From positions 15,686,001 through 15,750,000 of the forward strand of contig OZ024765.1 of assembly GCA_964016885.1 (NCBI GenBank): DNA of 64,000 nucleotides, in the 5' to 3' direction. The position numbers and the translations under genes are program-made. The notes beneath the pieces are model-generated. The model searched no databases and was not told where the DNA came from. It was given only the letters and a program-made list of their open reading frames with translations. Positions within the stretch are counted from its first letter, which is position 1, and each line of letters starts with the position of its first letter. This DNA comes from Eledone cirrhosa (lineage: Eukaryota). Of this stretch, positions 57,326 to 64,000 are shown one piece after another.

Positions 57326-57792
57326 CAGGGCCCGATTTAATGGGGAGCCAAGAAGGAGTTAACCCGTGTCCGCTGCAATGAAGGGCTCAATCAGCAACGG
57401 ATGTAGCAATCTATGGGTGTGCTCTCAGCAGGGGTTTTTACTTTAATGATGGCTAGAAGTTTAGAATGTAATACTAGCCTGTATTAAAGGAGAGCATTAA
57501 ATAATTAAAGCAATTAACACGAGTCCCCTGCAATGAAGGGCTCCACCAGCAACGGATCTAGCAATCTATGTGTGCCCTCAGCAGGGCTCTCTAGTTTCAT
57601 GATGGTTAGACATTTTTTAATATAATACCTACATATATAAGCTTTCAATTCCAATTATTTGCACTAAGCTCACTTTGATATGTAAAATTGGGGCGGGGAA
57701 AGGTTGTGGTGTTTTCTAATTTGTTTGCGTATGTGGCGCCAATAAACTTGAAGTGCCCCAGGATACAAATCTAATCTTAGATTCGAGGCTAG
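57326..57792. mobile_element. Possible decayed non-autonomous DNA transposon with internal ~155 bp duplication
   Basis: Starts cagggcccgatttaa with a weak matching right end. ctgcaatgaagggctc..agcaacggat.tagcaatctatg occurs twice. Confidence 0.35.
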
Positions 57793-58013
57793 GGGAAAAT
57801 GCTATATTCTCCATGGTGCCATGCCAGGGGATCGAACACAATACTTGTTGATTAGGCAATTATCTTGTTAATTTGTTGACCTTGCTGTATCCAGACAATG
57901 GCCACACACATGTGAAATTAATTAAGTACCTTAGAGTGAGATAACCTTCATGCTGAGATATCAAACTATAAAATATATTCTCCCTATCTAGTAATATATT
58001 CATACATAGTTAA

Positions 58014-58072
<59 letters not shown>

Positions 58073-58155
58073 CATGCAATCACAAACACACACATATATA
58101 TATACAATCAAATATATCCTTCCTATCTAGTAATATATTCATACATAGTTAAACA

Positions 58156-58205
<50 letters not shown>

Positions 58206-58315
58206 CATGCAATCACAAACACACACATATATATATACAATCAAATATGTCCTTCCTATCTAGTAATATATTTATATATAAGTATACACATACACACAGA
58301 TACACACACACACAT

Positions 58316-58348
<33 letters not shown>

Positions 58349-58490
58349 CATGCAATCACAAACACACACACATATATATATATATTTGAACGTATACATG
58401 AATATAACTATAAATGTGGGTGTGGTATGTGTATACTTATATATGTATGAAACCTCAGATACATGATTATACATACATACATACAAATAG

Positions 58491-58555
<65 letters not shown>

Positions 58556-58904
58556 AACATACATAGCTGTCAATTTACATAAATCATTTATAAAAACATG
58601 TAAATGTGAATTTACATGTACACATTGTTATATACATACACACACATACACACAGGCACACATATATATATATATATATATATGTATATATTTCTATATA
58701 TACGTCCGTATATATATATGTATATATATAAAAATATGTCTATATATATATATATATATATTTAACTGTGTGTATATACAATTGTATATCTTACAAGCTA
58801 GTAAAAGAGACACGATGTCTTCACAAATTTAATTTCATACCAGACAAGAAAATTACGACATTTATCTAATTATGGTTATTATTTATGTTGTCATTTTGTT
58901 TATT

Positions 58905-60245
58905 CATCATCGCCATTAAACATGTCTTCATTTTTACCTGACACCTGCCTCTTGCTCCACCCACCCTCACATAACTCGCCGCCATCTTTATCATCATCAT
59001 CGCCATTAAACATGTCTTCATTTTTAGCTGACACCTGGCTCTTGCTCCCCCACCACTCTCACATTAACCCGTCACCATCTTTATTATCATCATCATCGCC
59101 ATTAAACATGTCTTCCCTCTTTACCTGACACCTGCCTCTTGCTCCCCAACACTCTCACATTAACTCGCCGCCATCTTTATTATCATCATCATCGCCATTA
59201 AACATGTCGTCCTTCTTTACCTGACACCTGCCTCTTGCTCCCCGACACTCTAACATTAACTCGCCGCCATCTTTATTATCATCATCATCGCCATTAAACA
59301 TGTCTTCCTTCTTTACCTGACACGTGCCTCATGCTCCCCCCCCCCACTATCACATTAACTCGCCGCCATCTTTATTATCATCATCATCGCCATTAAACAT
59401 GTCTTCCTTCCTTACCTGACACCTGCCTCTTTCTCCACCCACTCTCACATTAACTCGTCGCCATCGTATTATCATCATCACCGCCATTAAACATGTCTTC
59501 CCTCTTTACCTAACACCTGCCTCTTGCTCCACCCAAACTCACATTAACTCGTCGCCATCTTTATCATCATCATCATCGCCTTTAAACATGTCTCCCTCTT
59601 TACCTGACACCCGCCTCTTGCTTCTCCCACCCTCACATTAACTCGCCGCCATCTTTATCATCATCATCATCGGCATTAAACATGTCTTCCTTCTTTACCT
59701 GACACCTGCCTCTTGCTCTCCCCCCCCCCCACTATCACATTAACTCGCCGCCATCTTTATCATCATCATCATCATCGCCATTAAACATATCTCCTTCTTT
59801 ACCTGACACCTGCCTCTTGCTTCTCCCACCCTCACATTAACTCGCCGCCATCTTTATCATCATTATCATCGCCATTAAACATGTCTTCCTTCTTTACCTG
59901 ACACCTGCCTCTTGCTCCACCCACTCTCACATTAACTCGCCGCCATCTTTATTAACATCATCATCGCCATTAAACATGTCTCCCTCTTTACCTGACACCT
60001 GCCTCTTGCTCCACCCACTCTCACATTAACTCGCCGCCATCTTTATCATCATCATTATGGCCATTAAACATGTCTTCCTTCTTTACCTGACACCTGCCTC
60101 TTGCTCCACCCACTCTCACATTAACTCGCCGCCATCTTTATCATCATCATTATGGCCATTAAACATGTCTCCCTCTTTACCTGACACCTGCCTCTTCCTT
60201 CTCCCATTCTCACATTAACTCGCCGCCATCTTTATTATTATCATC
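58905..60245. repeat. ~90-100 bp minisatellite x ~14
   Basis: Unit cgccattaaacatgtcttccttctttacctgacacctgcctcttgctccacccactctcacattaactcgccgccatctttattatcatcatcat. Confidence 0.95.
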
Positions 60246-60249
60246 GCCG

Positions 60250-60419
60250 TCGTAGTAGTAGTGGCAGTACCAGTGATGGTAGTAATAGTTGGAGTAGTGG
60301 TAGTAGTAGTAGTAGTAGTGATGGTAGTAATAATAGTAGTAATGGTAGTAGTAGTGATGGTAGTAATAGTAGTAGTAGTAGTAGTAGTGTTGGTAGTAAT
60401 AGTGACAGTAGAAGTGAAG

Positions 60420-60466
<47 letters not shown>

Positions 60467-60827
60467 TAGTAGAAGTGATGGTAGTAATAGTGGTAGTAGT
60501 AGTAGTAGTAATGCTTTAATAGTAGTAGTGGTAGTAGTAGTGATGGTAACAATAGTAGTAGTGTAGTAGTAGTAGTAGTAGTAATAGTAGCAACAGTAGT
60601 AGTAGTGTTGGTAGTAGTAGTAATAGTGGTGGTGGTAGTAGTAGTAGTATTAGTAGTAGTGTTGGTAGTAGTAGTGGTGATAGTAGTAGTAGTAGTAGTG
60701 GTAGTACTAGTACTAGTAGTAGCAATTGTAGTAGTAGTAATCATATCAGTCGATGGAGGTGTTGGCTGTAGAGGAGGCGGTGTGGCATCGTGACGTCATA
60801 GCTTTCGTCGTCAACGCCATCATCATC

Positions 60828-60858
<31 letters not shown>

Positions 60859-61690
60859 TCGCCATCATCATCATCATCACCATCATCACCATCATCATCA
60901 TCATCACCATCATCATCATCATCGCCATTATCATGCTCACTTCGTATTTGTATCTTTACTTTTAAGTTTAATCGCCATTTAACATTATCCCTCTTGTTGT
61001 TGTTGTTCTTCTTCTTCTTTTTCTTCTTCTTCTTCTTCTTCTTCTACTCCTCTCCCTTCTTCTTCTTCTTCTTCTTCTTCTTCTTCTTCTTCTTCTTCTT
61101 CTTCTTCTTCTACTCCTCTCCCTTCTTTTTCTTCTTCTTCTTCTTCTTCTTCTTCTTCTTCTTCTTCTTCTTCTTCTTCTTCTTCTACTCCTCTCCCTTC
61201 TTTTTCTTCTTCTTCTTCTTCTTCTTCTTCTTCTTCTTCTTCTTCTTCTTCTTCTTCTTCTTCTTCTTCTTCTACTCCTCTCCCTTCTTCTTCTTCTTCT
61301 TCTTCTTCTTCTTCTTCTTCTTCTTCTTCTTCTTCTTCTTCTTCTTCTACTCCTCTCCCTTCTTCTTCTTCTTCTTCTTCTTCTTCTTCTTTTTCTTCTT
61401 CTTCTTCTTCTACTCCTCTCCCTTCTTCTTCTTCTTCTTCTTCTTCTTCTTCTTCTTCTTCTTCTTCTACTCCTCTCCCTTCTTCTTCTTCTTCTTCTTC
61501 TTCTTCTTCTTCTTCTTCTTCTTCTTCTTCTTTTTCTACTCCTCTCCCTTCTTCTTCTTCTTCTTCTTCTTCTTCTTCTTCTTCTTTTTCTTCTTCTTCT
61601 TCTCCTTCTTCTTCTTCTTCTTCTTCTTCTTCTTCTTCTTCTTCTTCTCCTTCTCCCCTTCTCCTTCTACCTCTTCTTCTTATTATTATT
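60250..61690. repeat. (GTA)n, (CAT)n and (TTC)n microsatellite block
   Basis: The (TTC)n tract is punctuated about 8 times by tactcctctccc. Confidence 0.95.
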
Positions 61691-61844
61691 CTCCTTCTCC
61701 CCCTTTTCCTTCTACCTCTTCTTCAATGTCGTCATCCACTCATGTTTTATGTTATTTAACATGTTTTACGTTTTGTTCGCTGAAACACGTGTACGCCGAA
61801 TAAACGTCTTAATGTCCTCCATTAATAGTCACATATACACTCCC

Positions 61845-61890
<46 letters not shown>

Positions 61891-62131
61891 GCATACGCAT
61901 ACGCACACACAATTTCTCTCTCTAGCACACACACACATACACTCTCTCTCCCCCCCTCTCGTTCGAACACACACACAAACTATCTCTCTCTCTCTCTCTC
62001 TCTCTCCCTTTCTCTCTCGCACACACATACACGCACATAAGCACACACTATCACTCCCTGTCTCTCTCGCACGCACACACGCTCTCTCTCTCTCTCTCAC
62101 ACACACACAGTTTCTCTCTTCCTCCCTCTCT

Positions 62132-62169
<38 letters not shown>

Positions 62170-62629
62170 CTCTGTCTCTCTCACACACACACACGCACCT
62201 CTCTCTCGCACACACACCCACTCTCTCTCTCGCACACAAACCACACCCACTCTGTCACACGCGTTGACACACACACCCACACACACTCTCTCTCTGTCAC
62301 TCACACAAACATACACCCACTTTCTCTCTCTCTCTGTCACACACATACACACTCTTTCTCTGTCACACACATACACATGCATATTTATATCAATTGTGTC
62401 ATTAATATCTCCTTGTGCAATTTCCAATTTGTACAATTTGTGTTCTCTACATGGCAATATTTATCTGTAAAAAATGTAATGGAATGAATTTATTACCTTC
62501 TGAAATAGATTTCCTCTCAAATTTGTTAACACGCCAGCTCTCGTTAAATCTACAAACAATATTGAAATTCTGATGATTTAGTAATACACATATAACAATT
62601 ACTGCTACCCATCCACTCATTTTCTCCAG

Positions 62630-63255
62630 CCGAAACCTGATGCAGTCTGCGACTAACCCAGGCTCTGCTGCACATCTGGCCGAGGAGGCGACACTCTTCA
62701 AATACCGATCGCTCTCTGACAGGTTTGCGGTTGTATCCTTGGCAGTGGAGACTTATTCTGGTGTCCTCGGCCCTAGGGCTACCTCCCTACTCACCACCAT
62801 AGGCGCTGGGTTAGCTGCCCGTAACAGTGGAGATTTCTGGTATCCTCGGCCCTAGGGCTACCTCTATACTCACCACAATAGGCGCTGGGTTAGCTGCCCG
62901 TAACAGTGGAGATTTCTGGTATCCTCGGCCCTAGGGCTACCTCCATACTTACCACCATAGGCGCTGGGCTGGCTGCTCCTAACAGTGGAGATTTCTGGTA
63001 TCCTCGGCCCTAGGGCTGCCTCCCTACTCACCACCATAGGCGCTGGGCCGGCTTCCTCTAACAGTGGACACTTCTGGTAACCTCGGCCCTAGGGCTACCT
63101 CCATACTCACCACCATAGGCGCTGGGCTGGCCAGCCGCAGGTGTGAGCCTCGCGAGCTGGAATGGCTTTTCCAGCGCGTCTCCTTTGCCGTCCCCCGGGG
63201 AAACGCCTTCTCCGCCGTTCTGTCCGCCGGGACTGTGGGGAGGCCACCAATATGA
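62630..63255 (+). mobile_element. CRE-like non-LTR retrotransposon 3' end (restriction-like endonuclease) with 5 x 79 bp internal expansion
   Basis: PGSAAHLAEEA..KYRSLSDRF..LAVET.GVLGP..IGA.LA..EPRELEWLFQRVSFAV.RGNA. Units at 62745, 62827, 62906, 62985, 63064. Confidence 0.85.
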
Positions 63256-63827
63256 TTGGCTGACTTGTCATTTCATCAGTCAGATGTTTTTAGACATCAC
63301 CCAGTTAAAGCAGAAATTTGAGAGAAAGCAATACAGTTTATACACACCGTAACTCATGTTAGCTGAGAAGATACAACTGACCCCTACCTGTTTTAATAAT
63401 TGTTCCAACATAGGAAGGGTAACACCTCTCACTATCCTTTGTTCAATTATATCTATACCAGCTATGACTTGGGGTTTATTCTGTTGACTAAACCTGATTC
63501 TATAGAAACATATTTGTATCATTGTGCCAACACTACACATTGGTTTTTAAAGAGTTGGGATGTTGTTTTTTCGAATTTTATCTTTCGTTATATTTGTTTT
63601 CAAATATTTTAAGGGTTTGGTTATTAAGCTTGTCTGGTTTTTTTCCCTCTTCTCTATCTGTTTTTAAATGTTTAGAGGAAACGATTATTAAGGCATCAAA
63701 ATAAGCACAAAATAAATGTTAGAAATAAAATAAAACATTCTTTAAACCAACAAAAGTTTACAGAACACTCCCATAAACGACAACAACAACAACAACAGCA
63801 GCAGCAGCAACAAAACAACAACAGCAG

Positions 63828-63859
<32 letters not shown>

Positions 63860-63876
63860 GCAACAACAACAGAAGC

Positions 63877-63907
<31 letters not shown>

Positions 63908-64000
63908 GCAACAACAACAACAGCAACAACAGAGGCAAATATCATTTAGAAAAATCAACAGCAACAGACATTAAAGAAAGTGAAATTACGGCTGCCATTA

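Overview
AT-rich, repeat-saturated animal DNA with no credible host gene exon. The SINE families resemble octopod cephalopod SINEs (from recall, not a database search). Most of the window is microsatellite ((TA)n, (CA)n, (GA)n, (CAT)n, (CAA)n, (TTC)n, (TCTA)n), and nearly all listed ORFs are artefacts of it. The remainder holds about 17 copies of one tRNA-derived SINE plus a second SINE type, decayed RTE and CRE-like LINE 3' ends, non-autonomous Helitrons and a MITE. The main structure is a dense set of short elements inserted into (TA)n tracts. They carry about 16 complete type I hammerhead ribozyme (HHR) cores on both strands, and one is joined to a Penelope-like (PLE) GIY-YIG endonuclease ORF. 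Several sequence-unrelated families share an asymmetric fold-back architecture: a short arm ending at TA and a long arm with a ~70-85 nt tail. Four of these families carry a shared tail motif, T[TCA]GAGTRCYT, about 19-25 nt from the short-end junction. Separately, four tandem arrays derive from the 3' coding ends of LINEs. All coordinates, folds and translations were done by eye and are approximate.
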